In this document: piece after piece, positions 50,429 to 59,827 of the stretch
Layout of the letters: the number at the start of each line of letters is the position of its first letter
Numbering within the stretch: position 1 is the stretch's first letter
Source: Candidatus Bathyarchaeota archaeon
GTDB lineage: Archaea > Thermoproteota > Bathyarchaeia > Bathyarchaeales > Bathycorpusculaceae
Reading direction: 5' to 3'
Assembly: GCA_963775685.1 (NCBI GenBank)
Contig: CAVZJV010000005.1
Span: 37,022-101,021 of the forward strand
DNA length: 64,000 nucleotides
The notes under the pieces: model-generated
What the model was told of the DNA's origin: nothing
What the model saw: only the letters and a program-made list of their open reading frames with translations
Database searches by the model: none
Position numbers and translations under genes: made by a program

Positions 50429-52139
50429 ATGCCAACAATCGATGTAGATTATCCTGAACTGGAACGTTTGCTCAACGTGAAATTGAACGGTGATAGGGCA
50501 AAACTCGACGAAATCCTCGCTTACGTCAAAGCGGAAGTGAAAGGGTTCAACGAAAAAGAATGTACCGTTAGCATTGAAATGAAAGACACCAACCGCCCCG
50601 ACCTCTGGGGCGTCGAAGGCTTAAGCCGCGCATTGCAAGGCTACCTGAACAACACGAAGGGAATAAAACAATATTCTTTGGGCAAATCATCCATCGAAGT
50701 CAATGTTAACCCTCAATTGTACAACATTCGACCCTACATTTGTTGCTCCATAATCAAAGACATACACCTCTCAGACACCACAATCAGAGGAATCATGCAC
50801 CTGCAAGACAAACTAGACCAGACTAACGGTCGAAGCCGCCAAAAAACCTCCATCGGCATCTACAACTTGGACCTCATTAAGCCCCCAATCGAATACACCG
50901 CAGTTAAGCCTACGGATATAAGTTTTGTTCCTTTGGGCTTCAGTGAAAAAATGGGTTTAGACGAAATTCTCGAGCGCCACCCAAAAGGCATCGAGTATGG
51001 TCAAATCGTTAAGAAAAACCCACTTTACCCAATGCTATTTGACAGCGAAGGCAAAGTGCTCTCGTTCCCTCCAATCATAAACTCGAATGATTTAGGCAAA
51101 ATTACAGAGGATTCACGCAACCTACTAGTTGAAGTCACTGGAACACTGCATAAAACCGTTCTAAACACGCTTAACCTAGTTACTTTGGCGTTGATTGACC
51201 GCGGTGGAAAAGCATATTCGGCAACGATCAATTACCCTGCAAAGTCAAGTTATACAGAGAAAACCGTAATTACGCCTGATTTTAACAACCGCAAGATACC
51301 TTTGAGCATTGAGTACACGAACAGGCTTTTGGGCTTAAAGTTGAATAGCAAACAAATTTCTGATTTGCTGCTCACCGCTGGATTGGAAGTTGAAAAGGTT
51401 TCAGGCGACTGTTTGTCGGTGCTGGTTCCATGCTACCGCGTAGATGTAATGCATCAAGTTGACATAATCGAAGACGTAGCCATCGCATACGGCTACAACA
51501 ACATAGAGCCAACATGGCGCGAGATGCCAACTACAGGATGCGCAAAACCCGACCAACACTACATCGACGTCGCCCGCGAACTCTATGGTTGGACTTGGAT
51601 ATCAAGAAACACTAAACACCACCCTAACCAACCAGGAAACACTTTTCCAAAAAATGAACACACCACCAACCAAAATCATCGAACTCACCAACCCAAAAAT
51701 AATAACTATGACCTGCATGCGCAACTGGCTCCTACCTAGCCTTATGGAATTCCTCAGCAACAACCCTTCAGTGGAGTTTCCGCAAAAAATCTTTGAACTG
51801 GGCAAAGTTACGTTACCCGATGAAACCCACGAAACACGAACACGCGATGAAGATTTGCTAGCCGCAGTAACCGCCCATCCACAGGCAAATTTCAGCGAAA
51901 TCAAATCTGTCCTCGAGTCTTTTATGGCTAATTTTGGTGTTGATTGGCAAATAAAAGTAACCACTCACCCGAGCTTTATAGAAGGCAGAGTAGGTAAAAT
52001 CTGTGTTGGAGGCGTTGAAGTAGGCATTGTGGGTGAGGTTAATCCTTTGGTGCTAGAGGTTTGGAAACTTGAAAACCCGGTATCCTCTTTTGAGCTTAAC
52101 TTAAAACAAATTCTTAGAAGCAAAATTAGTAAAAAATAA
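50429..52139 (+). CDS. pheT: phenylalanine--tRNA ligase beta subunit (archaeal type) with an apparent +1 frameshift at about 51584
   Basis: The N-terminus MPTIDVDYPELERLL...B3/4 domain is typical of PheT. The sense frame changes at CTC-T-ATG (51581-51587): ARELY... becomes nonsense (N/H/T/Q-rich) while the other frame reads MVGLGYQETLNTTLT...PSLMEFLSNN. Confidence 0.85.
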
Positions 52140-52185
52140 AATTCTCGGATTTTCGCACTCATCGTCCGTAGTCTTTGATATGTTT

Positions 52186-52600
52186 TTAAGACCTGAAAAT
52201 GCCTTCTGTTTTTTCATACAATTTAGAATCGGATGTGATGAGTTGGTCTTTAATTTTTTGATCTAAGAAGAGATAAGTGGAATCATAAATTTCAATTTCT
52301 AGTTTGGCCCATGTGTTGAGTATTTGTGAAGCTTCGTTCCAATCAAACTTATGAAGACCCTATGTTGTTGTTACCAAGCATTTTTAGCGCTTCTTGGGCG
52401 TTTTCTAGAGAAAGCCTTTTGAATTTTACTGCTTTTCACAAAACATTGGTGACTTCAATAGTAAGATAGTGGACGCGCATAAACCGACTCTTTTAGAAAT
52501 GTAGTAATCCTTAATTGTAAAGCATTTTTTTGGTAGGGTTCAATTGGTAGAACCCATTTTGCCACTACACCTTTGCTTCGACGACGTATTGAATTAGATT
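52186..52600 (-). pseudogene. vapC: decayed PIN-domain (VapC-like) toxin gene
   Basis: Hand translation gives PIN-like pieces in shifting frames: VVAKWVLPIEPYQKNALQL, LTIEVTNVL*KAVKFKRLSLENAQEALKML (a TGA where W is expected), and YDSTYLFLDQKIKDQLITSDSKLYEK. Confidence 0.6.
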
Positions 52601-52822
52601 TATGTCTCTCTGCCTTCTTGAATCCAAGTTAATAATTCATCTTCTGATATTGGTTTGGCGCGCAACCTTATTTCACAAGAGCAGAAGCTTCTTTCATTTT
52701 TTGTTCATCTATCTTTTTTTAAACACACTCTCTAATGTATTCACTCCAGTTGACATCAACTTGCTTTATTTCTTTTTTGAGTTCAGTTGGGATTTTACAG
52801 TTATAATGTTTGTTTGACTCAA
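52600..52822 (-). pseudogene. vapB: decayed VapB/RHH-type antitoxin gene
   Basis: (TTG)SQTNIITVKIPTELKKEIKQVDVNWSEYIRECV, then an in-frame TAA at an A7 run, then KKIDEQKMKEASALV, then after a frame change EIRLRAKPISEDELLTWIQEGRET. A TATA-like TATATATTTT lies upstream. Confidence 0.55.
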
Positions 52823-52924
52823 AATGTAAAATACCCAAAATATATACCGCACGTATATACTCTTAAAAGTCGTCACTCTGTGAATAAAAGCAAAGCCTCA
52901 TCATGAAGGTATTTGCATTCTGTT

Positions 52925-53719
52925 TTAGAACCAGGAGAGGGTTCCGTTTTTCCTCGCCATTTTAAGGCACCAAGAGTATGCCAGGTAACCGACAGGAAGA
53001 ATTAGCGCGCACATCAGACCCAGAATTAATATATCCGGCAGAATCACTCCAATGGCTTGTCCAATCAACATAGGTCGAATACAAGTGAAGAAGTAATACT
53101 GCGGCACAAAGAAGCTGATTATCTGAAGGGGAAGCGGCATAACAGAGATTGGGAAAAGCACGTTTCCAAACAGGTTGGTGGCTAAAGTGATGATTGTGGT
53201 AACAGGGTCGCCCTGTTTTGTTAAAATTAAAACTCCAGCACCTATCATGCTAAACCCGATGAATGTTCCAATCCCCAGCCCTACAACAATGATGGTTCCA
53301 ATGATGTTGACACTTAAGATAACCCCAAAAGCAAAAACACCCACAGACAAGTAAATAACAATGACAAGCGTGCTCCAGATGAACCCCCAAAGCGAACTGC
53401 CTACAATAAAGGTTACAAGTCCGGTGGGCGAAACCAACACTTCCTCAAGACTCCATGGGTTAATGGTTTTCTGAACTAGCGTAAGGCTCTGGGACAAGTA
53501 TGTGTTAAAAGCAAGGCCAATGAGCAAGTAAGTTACAACGGGCATACCGAGATTCTGCACGCTCGGCATGGATGCGTTAGCTCCCCAAAATGCGTATGAC
53601 AACGCTCCAAAAAGAGCACTTACGACGCTTAGCAAGATGTTTGTTTTGTAAGTTGAGAATGAAATGATGTCGCGTTTCATGAAGTAGTAGATTTTGTCCA
53701 GTTCCTGAGTCAACCTCAT
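52925..53719 (-). CDS. ABC-2 type exporter permease
   Basis: 264 aa with about 6 TM helices. There is a 4-nt overlap with the upstream ATPase gene. Confidence 0.8.
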   Translation of the reverse strand: MRLTQELDKIYYFMKRDIISFSTYKTNILLSVVSALFGALSYAFWGANASMPSVQNLGMPVVTYLLIGLAFNTYLSQSLTLVQKTINPWSLEEVLVSPTGLVTFIVGSSLWGFIWSTLVIVIYLSVGVFAFGVILSVNIIGTIIVVGLGIGTFIGFSMIGAGVLILTKQGDPVTTIITLATNLFGNVLFPISVMPLPLQIISFFVPQYYFFTCIRPMLIGQAIGVILPDILILGLMCALILPVGYLAYSWCLKMARKNGTLSWF

Positions 53720-54733
53720 CGGCTCGTACCAGCATCTGTTAGCTCAATAAATGCATCCTCCAATGTGGGCTCTTCCTGGCGAAAGTTAACAAGCTTGATT
53801 TTCTCGCGGAAAAAGAAATCTAACACAATCGGCAACGAGTCCACGTTCTCCAAGCGCACCCGTAGGCGCGTCTGCCCAAGAACTGAATCCTGCACTTCTG
53901 AAGCTAAACCTGCAACCCCAGCCAAACCACGCAACGCATTCACCTGTGCTTGGGACATGTTTTTAACAACGAAATCTGCGACTTCGTTTTTCTTTGCCAT
54001 GCCCTTTAATGCGTTAGGTGTGTCTAACGCAACGATTTTACCCTTGTTCATGATGCCAACTCTGTCGCACATCTGGGAAACCTCCTCGATGTAATGCGTC
54101 GTGTAAAGTACTGTCTTTGCCGTGTTTTTTGCTAAGGTCATTTTTTATGAAATCGCGAATGTTCCTAGACGAAGTAACGTCTAGCCCTGTGGTTGGCTCA
54201 TCCAGAAGAAGAATAGGCGGGTCTGCCAACAAAGCTCTTGCCAGGGCAAGCTTTCTTTTCATTCCACCTGAATACTTCTGGAAAAGCACATCTGCCTTCT
54301 CCTTCAAATCCACCAGCTCCAGAACCTCCATGATTCGCTTTTGTCTGGTACTTCGAGGAACGTTGTTTATAGCGGCAAAGAACTCCAAGTTGCGGTAACC
54401 GCTGAGCCTCCAGAAGAAACCGCGTTCTCCCACGCTGAAAAGAGTGCCTATAGACTGTTTTACTTTCATCTGCTGCTTGACTACATCAAAGCCGTTTACT
54501 GTGGCGGTGCCTTGGTCTGGCGGCAGAAGTGTGCAGAGTATCTTGACAAGGGTTGTTTTACCTGCTCCGTTGGGTCCAAGGAGCCCGAAGAGTTCGCCTC
54601 TTTTAATTAGTAGGTTAAGGTTGTCGATAGCGTTGATAGATTGGGTTTTATTGTTGAACAGGCTGTTGTTTGGTGTTTTGAATTTGTATGCTTTTGTGAG
54701 GTTAATTGTTTGGATGGCAGTTTCACTTTGCAA
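53716..54733 (-). CDS. ABC transporter ATP-binding protein, frameshifted at a homopolymer (T6 on the plus strand, 54141-54146)
   Basis: Walker A GPNGAGKTT, signature YSGGMKRKL, Walker B LLLDEPTTGLD. Removing one A gives ...RDFIKMTLAKNTAKTVLYTTHYIEEV (H-loop). Confidence 0.85.
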
Positions 54734-55334
54734 CAGTAAATCACTTTGTGAATTTGTTTACAAAAAATTTCTAGTAACTCTTTAGCGTTAACGCGGCAAT
54801 TAAGTATTTCTGCTAAGCATAGCTAAATTGGGAGAGGAAATTACCTATTCAGTAGAAAATTGGGAAAATAATAAAGGAGAGTTATTTGAGCTTCTCAAAA
54901 GAATTAACTAACCTAATTAACAAGAAATTTTCTTGTTTTCTTTTTTTTGGATTAATAATTATTTTGTCGTAGTACCGTCAAGTCAAATTCCTCAGTTACT
55001 GCAGGAAAATTTGTCGCCATTTATTGTGAACCTAAACCTTAAACCGTATTCAACTTTTTGCTTTAACCAATTTACCCCGCGCTTGAATAATTTCTTTTTC
55101 ACTTGAAAACCAGTCTGTACCTTCTTGCAGATCGTGACAGAAACTCTAATGCTCCTATACCCCCTAAACCTTAACATAGAACTATAAACGGGACGCAAAC
55201 AACACTTTTGACTATACATATAATTATTTATTTTGCAAATCATCTGAAACCCCCTCAAGTATTATTGTGGTTGCTTGATCCCACACACATATTTTTTTAT
55301 CCTTTACGCATAATAGTAATTTGGTTATTCACAA

Positions 55335-55490
55335 TTGGTGATTGATTTTCAAGGTCTTGCGTTAATTATCAGTTGTCCAAACTGTGGAAAGAATATAGAT
55401 AGACCTGATAAGAAAATAGAGAACACTCACTTCTGCTTAGCATCTTACATTTGCCCAGAATGCGGCAACCATTTTAAAAAATCAGACTAA
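55335..55490 (+). CDS. possible zinc-ribbon protein of about 50 aa (below the ORF-track cutoff)
   Basis: ...ISCPNCGKNIDRPDKKIENTHFCLASYICPECGNHFKKSD. Only TTG (55335) or GTG (55338) starts are available. Confidence 0.35.
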   Translation: MVIDFQGLALIISCPNCGKNIDRPDKKIENTHFCLASYICPECGNHFKKSD

Positions 55491-55786
55491 CAGTTTCTAG
55501 CAATCAATTAACCAAATCATATATCCCGATTCTAAGTTGTTGCTTCAATCTGAGACAACATCATTTTATATCATTTAGACTCGTAACGAGTACTAAGAAC
55601 AAATAAGTTAATACACCCTCGTTATGCGGGTCTGGCTGCTAACACGAGATAAAGTGTCTCCCCTCTTGACTTTTGCACTTTATCGATGTTGGCACGTGGC
55701 TTGGTTCGCTTAACCCTCCCTTTTTGCCCCTAACAAAGCGAAAGTGGGAAGAAGCTTTTTTAAACTTACAAGTCAGTTTAGAAGCT

Positions 55787-56308
55787 ATGTCGCTAAGAGC
55801 CCTTGCAAACACATTTCGTAGCAGACGATTTTGGGTTTGGCAGATAGGAGGCGCTTTCATTTATGCCATACCAGCGACGATTCGGCTTGCTACCGGCAAC
55901 GTCCACCTACCAATCTTAAGCGCATTTATGCCGCCATGGACAACCCCTTTTGTGCCCCGCAACATCGTTGAAAAAGTTTTGGTTAATGCTTTTTTCCCTG
56001 GAGGCGCCGGAGCGATTGCAGGAGAGGTCTTTTACACAAACAAAAACCAGAATCTTAGTAGAAAAAAGAAGTATCTGGCGCGTCTTGGCGGCGCGTGGGT
56101 TCAAACCGCATTATGGTCACTGTTCCAATTCGTTGGTTACATACAAAATATAAATGGTTCCTATGGTGGCAACCTCTTTGAATCCACATATGTTTTTCCA
56201 CTTAACTTCACTTTGGCATCACTCGCCATTTTTACCCCCGATGTTGTGGGCTTCCTAAAAAGCAAACTTCTCAACACTTATCAAAAACTACACCACAAAA
56301 AAAGTTAA
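55787..56308 (+). CDS. integral membrane protein
   Basis: ORF 55673-56308. The internal ATG (MSLRALANTF...) precedes about 4 hydrophobic helices. Confidence 0.5.
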   Translation: MSLRALANTFRSRRFWVWQIGGAFIYAIPATIRLATGNVHLPILSAFMPPWTTPFVPRNIVEKVLVNAFFPGGAGAIAGEVFYTNKNQNLSRKKKYLARLGGAWVQTALWSLFQFVGYIQNINGSYGGNLFESTYVFPLNFTLASLAIFTPDVVGFLKSKLLNTYQKLHHKKS

Positions 56309-56335
56309 TATTACTTTACCCATTAGAATCAAAGC

Positions 56336-56815
56336 ATGTCTTTTCATGTTAGACGCAAAGAACGAGAAATCACCGATGACAAAGAGATGCAACAGATTTT
56401 GAAGAAAACAAAATACGTCACCATTGCCCTCTGCATGAACAACGAGCCATATCTGGTTGCACTAAATCACGGCTACGACCAAGATAAAAACTGTCTCTAT
56501 TTCCACTGTGCACCTGAAGGCAAAAAACTCATTTACGCACAGGCAAACCCAAATGTTTGGGGACAAGCAGTTCTGAATTTTGGCGTTACCGATGAGTGTG
56601 ATTATGCCTACACTTCGGTGCATTTCCAAGGCACAATAAGCCTAATTTCTGATTCAGCAGAAAAACGACATGCCCTTGAAGTTATAGTGAGACAAGTCAC
56701 CCTAAATCCTGAGTCAAAGCTTGCAAAGATCAAACCTGAAAAAATAGATAAGACCACAATGTTCAAAATAGAAATCACTTACATCAGCGGCAAGAAGCGT
56801 CAAGCTACGCCATAA
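56336..56815 (+). CDS. pyridoxamine 5'-phosphate oxidase-like FMN-binding split-barrel protein
   Basis: MSFHVRRKEREITDDKEMQQILKKTKYVTIALCMNNEPYLVALNHGYD...LYFHCAPEGKK is typical of the COG3467-type PNPOx-like family. Confidence 0.75.
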   Translation: MSFHVRRKEREITDDKEMQQILKKTKYVTIALCMNNEPYLVALNHGYDQDKNCLYFHCAPEGKKLIYAQANPNVWGQAVLNFGVTDECDYAYTSVHFQGTISLISDSAEKRHALEVIVRQVTLNPESKLAKIKPEKIDKTTMFKIEITYISGKKRQATP

Positions 56816-56965
56816 AACCAGCCTAACTATACATGGAAGACCCTATTAAATCGCCTAATTTATAGAGGTTTGTAGATATTGCGATTAAATCGCATTTCGG
56901 TTTTTTGGTTGTTTTTTGGGTCATTTTTTCACACACTCAATTTTTTAATCTGTTGTTTAAAAAAA

Positions 56966-58039
56966 CTATTCGGGAAAGAGAATATCTTCACTGTCTAAAC
57001 TCATTAATCCGTCTGAGTCGTTAAGGTCTCTCTCTTCTTTTTGGTCTTCGTTGTTCATTTCGTCTAAGCCTTGAGAAATGCGTCTTTCGTCTCTCTGGGT
57101 TTGTGCTTTTGTTCGCTGTTTGTTTAGCCAGTCGTTTATTTTCTCTGAGAGGGTTTTCTTTTTTGGCAAACTTGAGAGCCATTTCTGTTTTAAAGTTTCG
57201 TTGATTATAAACGGTTTTCCATTGCCTTGGCTGAATGTTGGAGACAAAAACGTTTTTCCATCATAAAACCAAGTTTGTGGTTTCATTTCTGCAAAACTGA
57301 GACCTTGAGATTTTTCTATTTTTCTAAGAAATGGCGTTATGTCTTCATTGCTTAATTTACCAATTACGCTTAACTGTTTGCTTCTAATCGTTTTTGAGAA
57401 GTCATTTAAACGCTGGCTTGCAGTGAAGAAACTCTCTTTTTGGTTTCGTGCTTCATTGAAAACACTAAGGAAGGTCTCCGTTTCCTTGCTGGCTGTGGTG
57501 CGGTTTGTAAATATCCCTTGAGCCTCTTCTAAAATATAGGCTATGGCTTGTTTTGGTTCGTGGCTCTCTGAGGTTGTCTTTTCTACTCTCTGCTTTTGGT
57601 CTAAGTAGTTAACCACGGAACGAACAAAAAACGCTTTTTTGCTTGGTTGTCGGGTCTTGAATCTAAACAGTAAATCTTTTTCAGTATCTAAAGCCATTCT
57701 TAAGAGGTTAGCGTTTCTTAGTGTGTACTTTTCGAAGGCTTGAGAATTTCGTCTTTCACTCTCTAAAATGTCCCTTTCCGAGACGTTATAAACTGGAATT
57801 CGAGACGCTTTATAAATCCAAGTTTCGGAACTGTCAAAAGCTAAGACCCTTATGTTTTCTTGTTTTTGCAGTGCTTGAGCTATAGAGAACAAAAGAAATG
57901 TCTTTCCGTGGCTCTTGTTTGCTACGATATGAGACCCACCACACTTTAAGCCTTCAAAAAGCATAGTTTCAAACGTGTTTTCCATATGTTGTCTTATGTC
58001 GGCTTGCTTTAGCTCTGTGTTTTGTTTTTCGTTTGACAT
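56966..58039 (-). CDS. P-loop NTPase (packaging/replication-type ATPase candidate) with an acidic C-terminal tail
   Basis: Walker A ANKSHGKT (57899-57922) and a Walker B-like IAYILEEAQ about 125 aa downstream. The ORF extends to 58183, but MSNEKQ at 58039 is the likelier start. Confidence 0.55.
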   Translation of the reverse strand: MSNEKQNTELKQADIRQHMENTFETMLFEGLKCGGSHIVANKSHGKTFLLFSIAQALQKQENIRVLAFDSSETWIYKASRIPVYNVSERDILESERRNSQAFEKYTLRNANLLRMALDTEKDLLFRFKTRQPSKKAFFVRSVVNYLDQKQRVEKTTSESHEPKQAIAYILEEAQGIFTNRTTASKETETFLSVFNEARNQKESFFTASQRLNDFSKTIRSKQLSVIGKLSNEDITPFLRKIEKSQGLSFAEMKPQTWFYDGKTFLSPTFSQGNGKPFIINETLKQKWLSSLPKKKTLSEKINDWLNKQRTKAQTQRDERRISQGLDEMNNEDQKEERDLNDSDGLMSLDSEDILFPE

Positions 58040-58559
58040 AGATGTTTCAATCCGTGGGTTTAACCGTGAAAATCGAAGGTATATATGCAGTATGGCAAAA
58101 AGACCATACTTTTTATAAAAAGTGACTGAAATGCGGCTCAAATTAGGCTTATTTTGGGTTGTCTTCGAATAGTTTTCGACCAAGTCTAAGGCTTTTTTGC
58201 CGAAATAATCAGTTTTGAGCCTTATTTCAAGGGTTTATCATTCAAAAAACGGAGTAAATTTTTGGATTTTTGAAAATTCCCTTTTGCATACTATGCATAG
58301 AAGGGTTTGGAAAGGTTCGACTCTGAGATTGTAATTCATTTTAAAACCACTAAAAAAAGTTGATAATCTGATGTGAAAATCGAATCCCTTTGAGTTTGGT
58401 TTCTGAAATAATGTTCTAAGAGTCTCATAAGGGGATTTTAATTTAGCTACTTTTTGAAAACGTCTTTTTGGAAATGGCAAAAAAATTGAAAAATTCCCAG
58501 ATGGGGGGGGTTATATCTGAAAGGCGTATTTTCTTTTTTCTGGCGTTACATTCTTTTGC

Positions 58560-58793
58560 CTATTTAGTGCGAAGTGTCATACGTCTAAAGAGTAAGCCCA
58601 TTTGCGAAACAACTTTCTCGTTAGCATAGTATTTTTGGAAGCATTGTTCACAAATAGCCTTCATTTTCTGTGAATCTGGAATAAACCCTTCAATGTTAGA
58701 GTAAACCGTTTCACCTTTTTCAATGGTTCGGTCACACTTACCGCATTTACCAGAGAACAACGCCTTTCCTTTTGTCCAAACCATCTTTACCAC
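58560..58793 (-). CDS. 77-aa zinc-ribbon protein
   Basis: CGKCDRTI ... CEQC arrangement. Confidence 0.45.
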   Translation of the reverse strand: MVKMVWTKGKALFSGKCGKCDRTIEKGETVYSNIEGFIPDSQKMKAICEQCFQKYYANEKVVSQMGLLFRRMTLRTK

Positions 58794-58976
58794 CAGAAGT
58801 GATGATATTGGTTATGTTAGCTTTTATGTTTTTGCATCTCTCAGCTTTTTCTAAGTCCCATTTGGTTTCCATAATTTAAAGGAAACGTTGAAGGAAGATG
58901 AGGCGTTATAAGAAGCAAATAGGTAACCATTAAAATGATAAGTAAACAAACCCAAATTATAAAAGATTTTTTTCTA

Positions 58977-59693
58977 CTAAATTTCTTGTTCAGAAACGTC
59001 TTTTTGGAATAATTTTGAGCGAAGTTTGCATATTTCTTTCTCAATAGTAGCAAACTCTTCCAGCTCTTTCGAATACAATTCTCCAACCCTTTGATAAAAC
59101 CATTTGTAAAAATCTTTGATTAAACATTGATATTGATTTAATACAACCTTCAAGTCAACCTCTTGATTGACACGGATGTACCTTTTAGAACCAGCACTCA
59201 ATTTCTTTGAAGGTAACCTTTGCTTTTCCAACAGTATGCTTTGTTTAATTTGCTGCTCTTCTCTGGAAAAATGTGTTAACAAGTAGGGAAATTCAATATG
59301 TTGGGTAATATTTCGCAAGTCTTTTATAAAAACGTAACAATCGTTAGGCTCTAAAGCGTTGACTCTTGCATCATATTCTTCTTTTAGTTTTGAGTATTTC
59401 TCACAAAATCTTGAATTATGTCTAATCAAACTGAAAGTACTGGAAAGATAATTATGCAGTAGTCTTGAAAGTTCTCTAAAAAAGAGAGTACGTTCTTTTC
59501 CACTATTCCACAATGCTGAGTTGCCTTCGTAATTTGCCATTGCTAAGGATAATTCTTGATAGTTTCTGTTTACTGCATAATGAGTACTTTTAAATTGTCT
59601 AAGCATTATAACGATTTTTGTGCCTTCTAACGTTTCTTGCTTGTCAGTAAGTTCATTTAATCTTTCAACAATTTCAAATTGTTCTTGACTCAT
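58977..59693 (-). CDS. 238-aa helical protein with an HEPN-like R-x4-H motif (Abi-like candidate)
   Basis: FIKDLRNITQHIEFP (R127..H132, encoded at 59298-59315) resembles the RN(x)3H motif of HEPN/Abi_2-type proteins. The rest of the protein is helical. Confidence 0.45.
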   Translation of the reverse strand: MSQEQFEIVERLNELTDKQETLEGTKIVIMLRQFKSTHYAVNRNYQELSLAMANYEGNSALWNSGKERTLFFRELSRLLHNYLSSTFSLIRHNSRFCEKYSKLKEEYDARVNALEPNDCYVFIKDLRNITQHIEFPYLLTHFSREEQQIKQSILLEKQRLPSKKLSAGSKRYIRVNQEVDLKVVLNQYQCLIKDFYKWFYQRVGELYSKELEEFATIEKEICKLRSKLFQKDVSEQEI

Positions 59694-59827
59694 TATTTTT
59701 CAACATATCCTTAGTCTGTCTGACATTTAGGAACGCGCTAATATTCAGTTTTAAGTTTTTTGGCTATTTCTACGCTGTTACAAATTTAAGACTTATTACG
59801 TTTTCAAAAAACAAAATGAGGAAAGGG

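Noticed and set aside
51575-51590. Programmed +1 ribosomal frameshift in pheT
   Set aside because: There is no slippery or rare-codon context that I recognise, and many other genes here carry indels. An assembly error is more parsimonious. It is kept as a low-interest finding only.
52536-52580. GGGTTCAATTGGTAGAACCC hairpin resembling a tRNA D-arm
   Set aside because: It is an isolated hairpin inside the decayed PIN pseudogene, with no acceptor or T-arm partners.
52602-52817. 71-aa plus-strand ORF
   Set aside because: It lies antisense to the decayed RHH antitoxin, and its L/F-rich translation is typical of an AT-rich shadow frame.
54117-54785. Three plus-strand ORFs antisense to the ABC ATPase
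   Set aside because: The opposite strand carries Walker A, signature and Walker B motifs, so these are shadow ORFs.
54992-55258. 88-aa basic minus-strand ORF (a possible transposase/integrase fragment)
   Set aside because: It has no catalytic motifs. Its composition fits chance translation of AT-rich DNA, and the surrounding region looks like gene remnants.
56844-56892. 10-nt direct repeat ATTAAATCGC (56844-53 and 56883-92) and palindrome GCGATTAAATCGC, considered as a possible att site
   Set aside because: It is too short and too local. Both copies lie on the same side of the segment, and no matching copy is visible elsewhere in the window.
58238-59086. 80-aa (58238-58480) and 81-aa (58841-59086) minus-strand ORFs in the accessory segment
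   Set aside because: The first is F/K-rich with no start context. The second overlaps the 3' end of the HEPN-motif gene in another frame. Neither has motifs.
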